From positions 17,174,001 through 17,238,000 of the forward strand of contig NC_090357.1 of assembly GCF_035084215.1 (NCBI RefSeq): DNA of 64,000 nucleotides, written 5' to 3'. Source of the stretch: Heptranchias perlo (lineage: Eukaryota). The notes under the pieces were generated by a model that worked only from the letters and a program-made list of their open reading frames with translations, ran no database searches and was not told the origin of the DNA. Below, one piece after another: positions 36,585 through 50,479 of the stretch; the stretch's first letter is position 1, and each line of letters starts with the position of its first letter. Position numbers and translations under genes: made by a program.

Positions 36585-37045
36585 AATCTTACTGCACAGA
36601 AGGAGGCCATTTGGCTCATCATGCCTGTGCCAGTTCTCTGAAAGAGCTATCCAATTAGCCCCACTCCCCTGCTCTTCCCCCATTGCCCTGCAACTTTTTC
36701 CTTTTTAAGTATATATCCAGTTCCCTTTTGAAAATTACTATTGAATCTGCTTCCACCACCCTTTCACACAGTGCATTCCAGATCATAATCACTTGCTGTG
36801 TAAAAAAATTTCTCCTTACCTACCCTCTGGTTCTTTTGCCAATTATCTTAAATCTGGTTACTGACCCTCCTGCCAGTAGGAACAGTTTCCCCCTATTTAC
36901 TCTGTCAAAACCCTTCATAATTTTGAACACCTCTATTAAATTTCAGTTTAACCTTCTCTGCTCTAAGGGGAACAATCTCAACTTCTCTAGTCTCTCAGGA
37001 TTGGACACAATACTCCAGCTGAGGCCTAGTCAGTGATTTACAAAT
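36585..37045 (-). mobile_element. CR1 3' fragment
   Basis: Antisense CR1 ORF2 end and 3' UTR. Confidence 0.7.
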
Positions 37046-38160
37046 TGTGCCCTTTATTCCACGTACTTGCAGTGTTAATGTCACAATTGGTGATAGCTTA
37101 CAAAATTGTTTTCTGTAAGTGGAAACAGGGCTGGTTTTACATTAATTTCCACAGACTTTTGTTGATCTATTGTTGATGATTGCAGCATAATCACAAGCTA
37201 CATAGAGCTTCAACTTTTCACTTAGATGGAACCTAGAGTATTTGCCAAACTGGATATCTATAACCTATAGGAACAAAACCTTAGGTAAATATATCACTGA
37301 AGAGAAATGAGTGAATTGGTTAGTACAATATATCTTCTTAATCCCTTTAAGGGCAGAAGCCAACAGGAGAAGTTAGAACACAATCTACTTGTGCTGTACT
37401 CACTTCATGGGTCAATCTTTACAGGATTTATCTTCCCATTGTCTGTAAGGTAGCTACCTGGAGCAACTCATGATTTCACCAAATATTGTCGTCTTTAGTT
37501 TATACCTCAGGATGACAAACACTTTGGTCAACAGTGCTACAAGCTGATCTGACATATAAGTCTTCAAGTTCCAATTGTATGTTTAGGTTGAACTACTGTC
37601 AAAGAATGAGGAAGGCCATGTCTATCTAACATTGATCAACCATGACACAGCTATATGTATTGGGCCTGAGCTCATGGGAAAAGTTGAACTTTGACATAAA
37701 TGGTGCAAGTTTTTTGAGGCAGCTTCAAGTGTTTGTCTCAACATTTAGCCTTGTACTTAACTGCAATAGATAGAACCGGAATGCAAAGTCCAACTGGGAT
37801 TCAAGATGGATGGGAGGTACAGGTATATCAATGTACTGCAATATGGAGTCGAGAGAGGTGAGTATATACCTGGGATTCCTCACATGATGCTTCAAACTCA
37901 GGGAAATACTGAATGTTGATAAGGCACTTCACAGACAGAGGGAGGGAATTAAGACAGACTTGTAGAATTCTGTTGCAAAGAAGCATTGGAGAGAAATTGA
38001 AGTAGATTACTGGACTACCCTGCCAGTCAGGAATAGTGAATGGGGAGATAAAGAAGTGAAAAATTACATTTTAAACAAGACAAAAAAAATGAATTATGGT
38101 TAGGTAAAATTTAGAAACATCTGAATTGGCTCCTTTTCAAACTCTCTTAGTTTAGGAAAA

Positions 38161-38853
38161 TGTGAGTACTCTATTTTAATGGTTCAGTCTCTAATCAAAA
38201 AGGCTCCAAGGTGTTTTGTTCCAAAGTAAAATAGCTTTATTCAGTTATAATAAATAGCAAAGATATTAAAATACAAGAGTACAATTAAACATATTAATAA
38301 GATGTTCAAATACAACCTGGTAAAGTTTATCACCGTACAAGGTTTTGAGGTGCACCTCTCGAAGGTCCTTGATATTACTTGAGCATGTCCAGCCTCGCTC
38401 AGAGAACGTTCTAATAAATACGATTTAATTCTCATCTTATATACGTCTTTAACATATTAGTTCTATATGGGGTATCCCATCAGTCATCTTCCCTATCTCA
38501 TGAATCTGCCATCCGCTTCACTCCCTTAAATTCCAGATGACACACAACATCTGACATCATGCCTCCCATATGATTAGTTGTCTACAATTTATCAAGGACA
38601 CTTATCTTTGCTCAAAGCATCCTGTATTCTTAATAAACTATGGCCAACTGCCTTTACCCATCTTATGCACATGAGATAAGAATGACACAGGTTGCTCATT
38701 ACTCAAGCAGGCCTCTCTACACAAGGTGACCAAAAGCCTGTTGATGCTTAATAACAGAACAGAAAGCCTTGTTCATAGGAAAAGCCTATATAACACTTTT
38801 CCTAACGAGGCTAGCAATATTATATAGAAAGCTTGTATAATGTATTTCTTACA
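38161..38853 (-). mobile_element. Candidate solo LTR
   Basis: Termini TGTGAG...CTTACA; imperfect flanks GAAAA/GAAAG; minus-strand TATA-like motif at about 38440 and AATAAA at 38236-38241. Confidence 0.45.
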
Positions 38854-40502
38854 GAAAGGACTTTGAAGCTCTTCCCTATACTATACAATTAGAATGTCAA
38901 TGATGTAAAGTAGGTTAGGAGTCCCATTGTGCTTTCATGAGTGCTATTAGGCCATCTCTGCTGTGAAACAAAAAGCTACTAATGCATAATTTCATAGAAT
39001 TTACAGCACAGAAACAGGCCATTCGGCCCAACTGATATATGTCGGTGTTTATGCTCGAGCCTCCTTCCACCCTACTTCATCTAACCCTATCAGCTAACCC
39101 TTCATCTAACCCTATAAGTATCACAGTCATCAAATAATTGTTGTCCCACTTGTGTTAGCAGACCACACATAGTGGTATACAGGATGACAGTGTCACAGAA
39201 CATTACAATGTGAAACCACTGCCAGGGTTTTGGGCTACTGATGATTAGTAGGATGTTGTGTAGTTGAACTGTTCTGTAAGTCAGAAAAACCTTCTCTGTT
39301 AGCTGATTTTTTTTTGTTGCATTCATTGGTGAGTAGGCTATCAGGAAATGGACATTCTTTTCTGTTTTTAGCACCTAATCTTTCCAAGATCAGATGTAGC
39401 AGAGTAAAGCTCCCTCTGCTCTTCCTCTACAATGTTCTTTGAACCCAACCCCACCCCCTACTGCACCAGTGTGAACGTCAGAATTTTCCACAATAACAAT
39501 CCTTGTGGCTTCCCTCAGTCAAATTGTAAACTTGTCTTTAATTGTGGGCAGATTTTATGCTGTATACTTGTCGTCGTCCCCCCCCCCCCCACTTCCAGGA
39601 ACTGAATTGAGTCTGCATAAATCCAATTCACATGGAATCCTCACAAAGCAGTAGAGAGAGGACTTTCATCTCATTAGTCTGGACTGCTTTGAAAACCCTA
39701 GTCCCAGAGGTGAAGAAACAGCGCATTAACCTACAAAGGCTGATTTAAAAGAAACTTTTTATGAATTGTTTATGAAGCTGATTAAAAAAAAATTCACGCT
39801 GCTGCAGATAGATGGACTTCATATTGGTAATTTTTAAATGGACCCAAAATTGTAGGAATAGAAGTAGAGCCACTGAATTTTTTGAGACCTGTGTAGAATT
39901 GCACAGTCGACAGCAACTGTTATCACAAAGCTACAGCAGAAATTAACAACTGCAGCCACCTCTCAAATACTTGGTTTCTCTCGTCCCTTTTATTTCAAGC
40001 TGGATTTGCAACCAATTGATGTGCATTGAACTGGAAAGCATGCTTGTCAGCTGTCTCACATTCTTCCGGGAAGAAGTTATGCAGTAATGTTTGGCACCAG
40101 ATTATTCCAGAAGAAACACCAATGTCGAGTCTGATGAATGATGCACTTATTGTGGAAATGGCTCCCAAACTATTTCCATAAAATTGCCGGGCTATGTAGG
40201 ATGTATGACAATGTTCCACAATACCAATGTTCCTCAATGTGTTTCCAATACAGAATGTGCATTGTCAAATCGCCACCATTCTGTACATATGAAGCATTTA
40301 ACTTTGCTGCTGCAGTAATGCGTTTCTGTTTTTGTGAGACTGATCCAAATACTGGTTAAAGGTCTCCTGGAATGTCATCAATCCAACACCCTGAGCCTAT
40401 TTAAAGGACTAGAGCCAGGAAGGTAATCTGCTTGCTGGTAAATTTACTTTTTTTAATATAAATTGGAGAGTGGGGCCAACAATGATGTGATTATTTACCA
40501 AG

Positions 40503-40940
40503 AATGAGGAGAGATTGAGTAGAATGGGCCTACGCAATCGAGTTTAGAAGAATGAGAGGTGATCTCATTGAAACATATAAGATTTTGAGAGGGCTTGACA
40601 GGCTAGTTGCTGAGAGGCTGTTTGCCCTGGCTGGAGAGTCTAGAACTAGGGGGCATGATCTCAGGATGAGGTGTCAGACATTTAGGACTGAGATGAGGAG
40701 AAATTTCTTCACTCAGAGGGTTGTGAATCTTTGGAATACTCTACCCAGAGAGCTGTGGATGCTCAGTTGTTGAGTATATTCAAGAATTAGATCGATAGAT
40801 TTTTGGACTCTAAGGGAATCAAGGATCTATGGGGATCGGGCAGGAAAGTGGAGTTGAGGTCGAAGATCAGCTGTGATCTTATTGAATGGCGGAGTAGGCT
40901 CGAGGGACCGTATGGTCTACTCCTGCTCCTATTTCTTACC
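40503..40940 (+). mobile_element. CR1 3' end
   Basis: ORF 40552-40773 (MRGDLIETYKI..RRNFFTQRVVNLWN) and a 3' UTR like 7275-7380. Confidence 0.85.
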
Positions 40941-41616
40941 TTGTAATGAAGGTATCTCGTTTGGTGCTGTACATACATAACACAAAGATCAATATGGCAT
41001 TTCTAAATCTGAGGTTTCAGGCTTGGTTGTTCCAGAAATTGGTTGAACAAATACACCCACTGGAAATGGACTGCTTCTGTGTTTGTTCTAAATGACATAC
41101 CATGGGAATTCAATGTAAGTATTGGTATATTATGTAATTTGGGCTTATTGAGCCCACCCCACTACCACAAAATTGGCTGCCTATTATCGTAGGTTCACCC
41201 CCAGCTATAGTAATATAAGTACACCATTAACATTCCAAAATAACACAGCCGAGCAAGGTGATATATGATCCCTTGATATCGAGAATGCATTTATAAAGCT
41301 AAAAGTCCTGGTAGTTCATGTGATACTATCCATATATTTGGATATTCAAGTATGTGTGTTTGACTCCTGGCAATTAGTCAAAATATCTTGCCTACATCTC
41401 TACCACATTTGGCAATATTTTAGACCATCTGACTATGACAGTTATATTTGAATTTCATAAGCACTTGACGTTAAAAAGTCAAATAATAAACATAATCTAC
41501 AGACTTTGTACAAGCAAAAAAAAAATCCATAGAGACATATTACTGATGTCCTGCATCGTTACATTGTGCATCCAGCAAAATGATGACTTTGAGGCTTATA
41601 TAGGTCTCCCTTTAAA

Positions 41617-42085
41617 AGAAAGCAAGACTTGCATTTATATAGTGCCTTTAACGACCTCAGGACGTCCCAAAGCGCTTTACAGCCAATGTAATACTTTTTT
41701 GCAGTGTAGTCACTGTTGTAATGTAGGAAATGTGGCAGCCAATTTGCGTACAGCAAGCTCCCATAAACAGCAATGAACAGATATATAAGTGATAATGACC
41801 AGATAATTTTTTTTAGTGGTATTAGCTGAGGGATAAATGTTGGTCAGGACACTGGGAAGAATTCCCCAGCTCTTCGTCGAAATAGTGCCATGGGATTTTT
41901 TACGTCCAACCAAGAGGGCAGACCGGGCCTCAGTTTTAACATCTTATCCGAGAGTGCAGCACTTCCTCAGTACTGCACTGGAGTATCAGCCTGGATTTTG
42001 TGCTCAAGTTCCTGGAATGGAACTTGAACCCACATCCTTCTGACTCAGAGGCAAGGGTGCTAACCACAGAGCCACAATTGACACA
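41617..42085 (-). mobile_element. Deu-domain SINE, near full length
   Basis: Reverse complement of 19231-19700 with an internal deletion. Confidence 0.8.
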
Positions 42086-45000
42086 GTCCCATAGGCCTTC
42101 TTGGGTTGGCGAAAGACCACATTGTTAGCAGCTCCAAGCAATTTGTCATTTAGGCCACATTACTGATTCTGGCTAAATACTGCCAAATATGAGCAATTTC
42201 TGAAATTTGACTGCTTAATGCAGTGTCTGCAAATGGTGTGGCTATTTAAGTTAGTTGGCTATTCACAATAGTATTATAATTTGAGCCAAATATGAAGAAT
42301 ACAGTTCCCAATGCAAATACAGAGTGTCATTAGGAACTATTCAGAAGCTTCTTCAATTTCTTCTAATTGATAGTTACTGTAAAATATATCCAAAATTCCA
42401 GACTGCAAAAAGTCAAATGATATCTCATATAACTGGTGAGGAGATTATCTCAGTGAGGTAAATTCACGCTATGCCAATCTGTTTTGTGATAGAAAATTTA
42501 TTATCTACTCTGGCTAACGTTCCATAACTCAACTTCAGAGTTTTTATTTATTGATATACGCGTACACACGCACATGCACACACGGGGCCATTTTAACCAT
42601 ACCCACCACGCGGAAACCAGGTGTGCAAACAATTAAAATCTGCTGGGGCACTTACCCACCAACAATTCTGCTGGCTTCCGTTTTAATGTACTCTTCTGAA
42701 CAGGCATCAAGGTCATCCGCTGAAACTGTTGGGGTCCTTCTTTAAATATGCAGATTGGGGTCCGATGAAATCCAGCGAATTATATGTGCCCAGAGTAAGA
42801 TATAATTTCCAACCTTTTTGTGCTCCTGCAGTTAGTCAGTATGATTATTTGAATAGACAGGTTTATAATACATCTTCCATTGCTTCTGTTCTGAAAAGTT
42901 GTTTCTTTTAACCTTCATTCCTCTCTTAGTTCAATTATTTTTCTTCCCTTTCCTGGTATCCATGTACCATTTGCAGTTGAAAGGACAACAGGAGATCTGC
43001 TCCCACTGCAGCTTTGAAGTGGCTACTAGGAGAGGTTCATGGAAGATGATTCTTATGATTTGCTTGCCTCCTGGCAACCCCTTGGCACCTTCCCTGTGGT
43101 ATAGTTGAAATGGGCAGTTTGGAGGATGGCTCCAGATGTGCACTCCATGACAAGGTATCCTGGATCTCCACTGTGTAGTCTTTGAGCTGAGAGTTTTTAT
43201 TTGCTTATCTCTGAATCGCACCTACTACTTCTCCTGGTTTCTTTGTTAATGGTCAGTTTAAAATGGTATGAAGTCCATATTGAGTGCCTCCTTTTATTAA
43301 GTACCTCAGCTTGACTTTTAAAAAGGCGCGTAGAAAAGGTAGGGCAGCTAATTGTTGCTGACCCTTGTTCTTCCCTGGTGCGCAGCATGCTCATGAAGCT
43401 ACACCTGAATCTACAACAGAACATCTATCAATATTTCTTTTATATTTTCTTGGAAGAGTGCTGTTGATTAAAAGTAACTTTCTCGGTAGAGATTGTGGAT
43501 GGAATTCAATTATCCATTTTACTGCTTGCATTGGGAATTGGCTGCAAAGTGGAAACAATACTCCATTCTACTGTTACCCACTGTAATCAGCAGTAACACA
43601 AAATGCAAGAACACCCCATCAATTTAATGTGTATTCGTTACCAAATACTTGGTATACAAACAAAATTTCAGATTTTTCAGAATTAATGACAGGATTATCA
43701 CCCAGCATTAAAATGAAATTGAAGTATTTCTGTCTATATGCATGGAAGTATTCCTTGGGTTAACACATTATACTAATCCAGATTTATGGGCTTATAGATA
43801 TTCAGCTTTCCCTGTGCCCCAGTTAAGATGCTGACACATTTAGTTCACTGGATAGTTCGAACACATGACTTCATTGCCTTTAGTACAAGGGCTACCACAC
43901 GTATTTGGCAATGAGTGTACTTCATATTAAAAAGCCATTGTAAATCCAACTCAAGATTGTAATGGATAATAGTCCAGAGAATTGCCCATGGACTCCTTCA
44001 ACTGCAGCCTTTTTGTTTTGATGTGTGTTGTATTATTTTTCACAACTCGGGAACAAACTTGTGAGAATATTGTTTTTTTGTCACAGAAGTTTCTAGAATA
44101 AACTGACCCAGACAATGCTGATTCTGACAACTTTTTTTTCAAAATGCGGTTAATTCATAACATGTCTTTAAATTACTCAGACTATAAATGTAACTAATTT
44201 TTAAAAAAAATGTATTGTATATTAAAAAAGAAAAACCTTCAGTGTTTGTGTGAAAGAAATGCGTTTGAATTGGGAAATGATTCAGTTTCCTATACAAAAA
44301 AATGTAAATTAGAAAATTGTGCCAGGAATGAATTGAATGGGTCTACTTGTGAATTGAAAAACAGACTGGTTTGAGGGATATATACACAACACTGTGTGAA
44401 ACAGTAGCATCTCAGTACAAGATGCCTATAATAGGCTAGGTCAGAGAAAGGTCTTTTGAAACTGCTTGCACCGTGTCCAAAAATACAGCAATGTTGGAAG
44501 TTTTGTGATTTCTCAAAGTGGTATTATTAATGAGACTATTTTAGTGCAGTTATACATTATCCTACTTCAGGATTGATTTGCTTACACATTACCAGTCAAT
44601 GTACTTTTGCTGCACATTTCAAAGTCTCTAAGTTCCAAGAACTATGTGGACCAAATGGACACAAGTTCCATACATAAACACATCTAATTTTCTGTATAAT
44701 CAAGATAGATAGACGCATTTCTGGCAAGCACTGTCCAAGAGATGAACAAGTTTTAGCCACTTGTTTGACTGTCGTGCAGAGTGGTTTTGAATTTCATTCA
44801 CTAGTCTTCGGCTAAAATGTGTTGGTCAGTCTGATTTATGAGTTGCCGCAGCCAACTAACTCAAAATGTGTTGTAACTGCTGCATATGCAAATCGCACAG
44901 AGCGGTTTGTGTCTGATAAGATAAGTTACAAACCACCAGAGAGGAAATCTATATACAGTAGCAGGGAACGATCAACCTAATTCAACTTCAGAATGTTTCC

Positions 45001-45267
45001 TTATACTGCAAAAAAAAATCAGAAATAAAAATCTGCAGATAAACATAAAGAGAATGTCCAAAATCTAACATCAAATCTGTGCATTTATTTAGGTAATTTC
45101 ATGTACAACCCAGTGAAAACCATTTTCAGTGCATAAAGTGTAAAATGAAGGGAAGCACAAGCCGGAGGCCTTAAATACAGCGGCTGGAAATTCCAGGGGC
45201 CCTGCTCTGCTGGTGTAAGTGCAGCTGAGTGGAACCCCTGCCGCTCTTGCCCAAGACTGGAGATCCC

Positions 45268-45667
45268 ACTTAAGTCCCACTACAGAGACTTGAGCACAAT
45301 ATCTAGGCTGACACTCCAGTGCAGTACTGAGGGAGTGCTGCGCTGTCGGAAGTGCTATCTTTCGGTGTGATGTTAAACTGCCCTCTCAGGTGGACGTAAA
45401 AGATCCCAACGCACTATTTGTAGAAGAGCAGGGGAGTTCTCCCTGGTGTCCTGGCCAATATTTATCCCTCAATCAACATCATTAAAACAGATTATCTGGT
45501 CATTATCACATTGCTGTTTGTGGGACCTTGATGTGCACAAATTGGCTGCTGCATTTCCTACATTACAACAGTGACCACACTTCAAAAGTACTTAATTTAC
45601 TGTAAAGTGCTTTGGGATGTCCTGAGGTTGTGAAAGGCGCTTGTAAATGCAAGTCTTTATTTCTTTT
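45268..45667 (+). mobile_element. Deu-domain SINE
   Basis: Deu core and tail as in 19290-19700. Confidence 0.85.
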
Positions 45668-45779
45668 ATATCAAATTCCTAGGATGGGGTAATTTATTGC
45701 AAGAACACATCAGCAGTGGTCACTTCCGCTCATATTCCGGGCTCCCTTCCTCTGTGGCATAAATTTGACTTATGCCCTA

Positions 45780-46565
45780 TGTAACAAATTCGGAGGTGAC
45801 ACCAATTTGTAATCAGTGTTTCATTTATTAATAGTCAAATCAATCATGTAGAGGTATCAAATATTTAAACAACAAAGATCAAAACAATATTACCCCGTTT
45901 GGCCTCTGGGCAGAGGTTGTAATTAAGTTGACGATGTGGTTGTTTCGAGTTTTCCGATAGGTAGTCTTCTGATAGTCAGGTGTCCTTCTGACTGTAGTGT
46001 CATCTTCGGACAGCTAGGCGTTCTTTCAACCAGTGGTGGTCTTCGCTGATTCCTCTGCCCTGAGCTCAAAAGACGTTGGGTTTTTTATCTCTCCTTCCCC
46101 CCCCACCCCCCACCCACCCACCCAAGTAGGAAACTCTCACCATATATGGAACAACACCCTTGTAGATTAACAGAGTTGTTTTTCAAAGAATTCCAGACGG
46201 ACAGCTTGTTTTGCCACTACTCATTCAACCATGATACCCCTTTTCGAAGAATTCAAGATGGTCCGTTTGCTCTAACGTTACTAATTTAACCACGATTCTT
46301 TTCAAGGTAGCACTGTCTAGCTGTCTCATCAAGTTCTGGTCTTGCTGCTATCTTTGGGTTATACTTCCGCTTTTTGAGTTTTTATATAGCTGCTCTGACT
46401 TGCAAGGAGGGTGACACGGGTCAGTCACTAGTCAAAGGTTAACAGTTTACAATTCAGCAAAATAGCCGCACACTCAGCAAAATATGCAGCACAGCCTGCA
46501 GAGCATGATGGTTAGTAGCTTTAAGAAAAAGATGACAATTTTTTCCCATTTCCAATATTCTTACA
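45780..46565 (-). mobile_element. Solo LTR (786 bp)
   Basis: TGTAA...TTACA inverted termini; exact 4-bp TSD CCTA at 45776-45779 and 46566-46569; minus-strand TATATAAAAA at about 46379-46388 and AATAAA at about 45823-45828. Confidence 0.7.
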
Positions 46566-48341
46566 CCTATCCAACTCCAGGAATTTCATGGCCAGCATAT
46601 CACAACTAATCACCCCTTAATGAAGTGCTGTGTTATACAGCTAAACCCTGGACAGTGTGTAACTAGCTTACTAAGATGTATCATGCTTTGATCATAATTT
46701 CGATAAACTCCAGTAATTGTCAGTTTTGTACCATGATATATTTACAATTCACTCAGCAACTCAGTCGAAACAGCAACAGAAAATGCTGAACCAAAACTTA
46801 GACTTTACACTGAAGTTATTATGTAATGTCTCAAGGTAAGGTTTGGCAACAGACTGTGTTTGGTGCTGAGCGTTAAAATAGTATTGCTTGCATTTATTTT
46901 GAATGTTATCACCAATCAGTAATTCTGTACTGTGGGAGTGAATGGGATGTTTGGTATGTTTTAGCTTGGACCTGAAACTGGTTGCACAAAGTGATGGATA
47001 ATTAGGAATAACTCTCAGATGCATATGGAGTCCATTATAGGTTTTGTCACAATTTCTATGCATTGTGGACCAAAATTACCTTAGGAACGCATAACCAATT
47101 TTAATACTCAATAAACCATCGATTGCTCTTTGCATTCAATAAAATCCTCTTGTCATAAATTATTCTAATGGAAGTTCTTCATGTACCCTAGTATGGAAGG
47201 ATTCATAGAATCACATTAGCAATTTGTGTCAGAAATTCTCCTGTGATAAATCAGGAAGCAGCTTCATGGTGACATACTTGTGTCCTTGAGTAAGTCAGGC
47301 TGGTGCAAAGTGTACCTCCTACTCCAGTGTGCTGTGGATATTGCATAACAATGCCATGGGAAAAGTATCTAGTAAATGGACATGCAATTTCCATCAAGTG
47401 AAATTGCTTTTGATTCCAGTTACCAATCTCAGTGATTCTCTAAGCATCCTTTATCCCTTAAAAAGTCTGCTGTTACTGTTCCGGAAAAGTGAGTTTAAAG
47501 CAAGTATATTAACTGGATTGTTCGGGGGCCTCCAGAGAGTTTTAAGATGAATAGAGCACATAATTAGTTATACCAGGTGTAGTTTAATTTTATGTAACCT
47601 TCCATCTGCTCCTAAACTGATGGCAGCAACTGCAAAAGAAACATAAATGAGAAAAGGGCATCATACACTTCCTGCTCAGAGTGGATGTGGTCCCAAAATG
47701 CCCTTTCTCTTGATTTGTTTAATCCTTTACAAACTTTAATCCTTCGTGGACTCGCGGATACCACTTACATTTAACATAGCATCCAAGAGTGTCAGAGAAC
47801 CTGTTGTTTCTGGAATGTGTGTTCTGATAGCAATATGATTCCTCTCCAATTGCTTTAAATTTCAAACATTGACAGACTATGAACCACATTACCTATGCTG
47901 CAAGAGTTAAGCAGGGTAATCTCTCCAGGAAAAACTATTCTGCAAACTTTTTTTGTTCTGGTTGAATCATTTTTCTCATAATATTGTGAGCGAGTGTCAA
48001 GTGGATGTAGTTGTGATTTAGGTCATTGTGTCATCCATTTAGCAAATTATTTCACTTTTGTTTATAGAGACATGGGGCCCCGATATTAGAATGGAAGCAG
48101 GATGGCAGCCGGGTGTGGTGGGGGGTGAATGGGCGTGTGGATAACCCGACCATTAAAAAAATATTCATTTCCCACGTGATTGCAATTGAATTGGTGCCAC
48201 TTCCGGCTTCCAGGTTTGCCGTCAGAAAGCTGCACAGTGGGCAGACTGCGCACCCGCATCACAAGCTGTCAGCTGGAGGAGCTCCATTTAAAGGGCCATT
48301 GCTCCAAAGGCCTTTGCTGGAGCAAAGATGCACAAACCACA

Positions 48342-50179
48342 GTGGAGCAGCACAGGGCCAAGGCTGCTCCAAGGTTCAACGATGCCTCACTCCAGGTGCT
48401 ACTGGACGGGGTGAGGAGGAGGAGGGAAGTGTTTTACCCCGCGGACGGGAGGAAGTGCCCTGCCTTTGCCACCAAGAAGGCCTGGCTCGAAGTGGCAGAG
48501 GAGGTGACCAGCAGCAACGTCTCCCGCACCTGGATCCAGTGCAGGAAGCGTTTCAATGACTTAACTAGGTCAGCAAAAGTGAGTACACTTACTGATTTAC
48601 TGATTCTCCTACATTCCGTGTTGCACATCACCGCCACCCCCCCCCCCCCAAACTCATTCTGCACTGCCAAGACTACTCTATCACGTCACTCCTCACACCC
48701 ACTTAAGGCTCATCCTCAACTTACCTGCACTTCTTTAGCAGTTCCTCACCTTCCCATTAGTCACCCCACCACTACCACTCACCCCAATCCTCATCCAATG
48801 TCATGGCTCTTTCTCATACTCACCCTCTGATGCACCTCTTTCACGGTCAGCCTCACCCAAAAAGCAATACATTCATCGGCTGGCCAATTCACCATCACTC
48901 ACTCAGACGTCTGTTCTTTCTCTCCTTCTCGAAGAGGGTGAGGATTGGAGAGAGGCCACAACAAGTAGTGGTCCTCACAGACACGGAGCAGGAGGCGTTG
49001 GAGCTCAGCCGCACCCTCGGGGACGGCGAGACTGACACCCCACAAATGTCTGGTGACACAACTTCAACATTCATCACATACAGTATGAATTGATGTTAAC
49101 AATGCTTGCCATCTTCAACGCCTCAGTATGCTCATCGCAACATTACACATCTGTGATGATGCTTAATATTGCCGCCTTTTCTCTTACAGAGCCTTCAGTG
49201 ACCTCAGTGACTGCAGAGGACAATTCCTCAGAGGACCTGCCGGCCTCTGAGGGTGCACCATCACATCTTAGTGAGCCATCCACCAGTGCAGATACTTACA
49301 CCTCGGTGGGTCCTAATTGTCAGTTAGTTGGGTTGGCACCTTGGCACGAGCAGACACTGGTGGCATGGGCAGCTGTGGAGAGTCCGCACAGGTGGGAGCA
49401 CTCCTCTCCAGGCTCTGCTCAGCTGGACGCAGATGCTGAACCCCGGGAGCCATCCTTTAAAAGGAGAATGATCGAGGGACAGCAGCACATTTGTGAGGTA
49501 CTGGAACAGGTGCCATGCGCACTCTCCACAATAGCACAGACGATGGAGGAGTCCAACTCCTGCATTAGTGGAATGGTGTCACAGGTACGGGAGGAAATCT
49601 CTGAGATAGTGTCATAGGGACATGAGCAACTGTCTGAGATAGTGTCACAGGTAAGTGCAGGAATATCTGCGATGGAGAGAAGGCTAACCTCTGTTGAGCT
49701 TCAAGCATGGCTCACAAATGAATCCATTCAGGCCCTTACAACGGCCATTCAGACTCGGGGTGAACAACATTCTGCCGCCTTAAACAGGCTGACAGATACT
49801 TCAGAAGTGACCTTCCAACACATCACACATGTCCACCACACTGTTCTCCAGCAGGGTGGTAGGAGCGATGTTGGTCTGGCCCAGGGGAGGGATGATGGTA
49901 AAGGGGACGTGGAAGTGGGGATGCCACTCAAAGCGCTCCCACATCTCACCCGTCGCCCCCCTGTCAACCAGTACTCTCAATGCTGCCTCCTCTTCAGGTG
50001 GCCGAGTCTGCCCCTGTGCAGGTGGAGCAGTTTTTGGAGGGGCCAAAACCCAGAGGCCATAGGCCGAAAGCATCGAAGCAGTCAGGGCATGAACATGAGC
50101 AACTGCCACTACCTCTGCTGCAGCAACAGGGGATGCACCACGTAGAAGTAGTCGTAAGAGAAAGGCGAAGATTTTGTGA
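48342..50179 (+). pseudogene. Harbinger Myb/SANT-like gene, disrupted
   Basis: Start codon is GTG; exon 1 to 48578 (donor GTGAGT); exon 2 acceptor region damaged; exon 3 from 49190 has a stop at 49615-49617 and frameshifts. Confidence 0.8.
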
Positions 50180-50479
50180 GCATGAAGGGTATGCACAAGA
50201 GTGTTTGACAGACGCATGTTTTTCGTTTATATTTGCTTTTTGTTAAAGTCACATTAAATGTTATAATCGTCACCACTACTGCCACGTCTCGCCCATTCTT
50301 GACTAGCTTTTGTCATCGGGCCCTTTCATGAGGTTCACCATGAAAGACGACACTTGATGCCACCCATTAGGTCACTTTATAGTGGATGTATTGCAGGACT
50401 GTTTTGTGCAGGGAGGAGTGGGTGGCCTGGCGTGGGCGCTGCTTTTCCCAGATGGTGTGAGGACTGGAATCTTCACACT

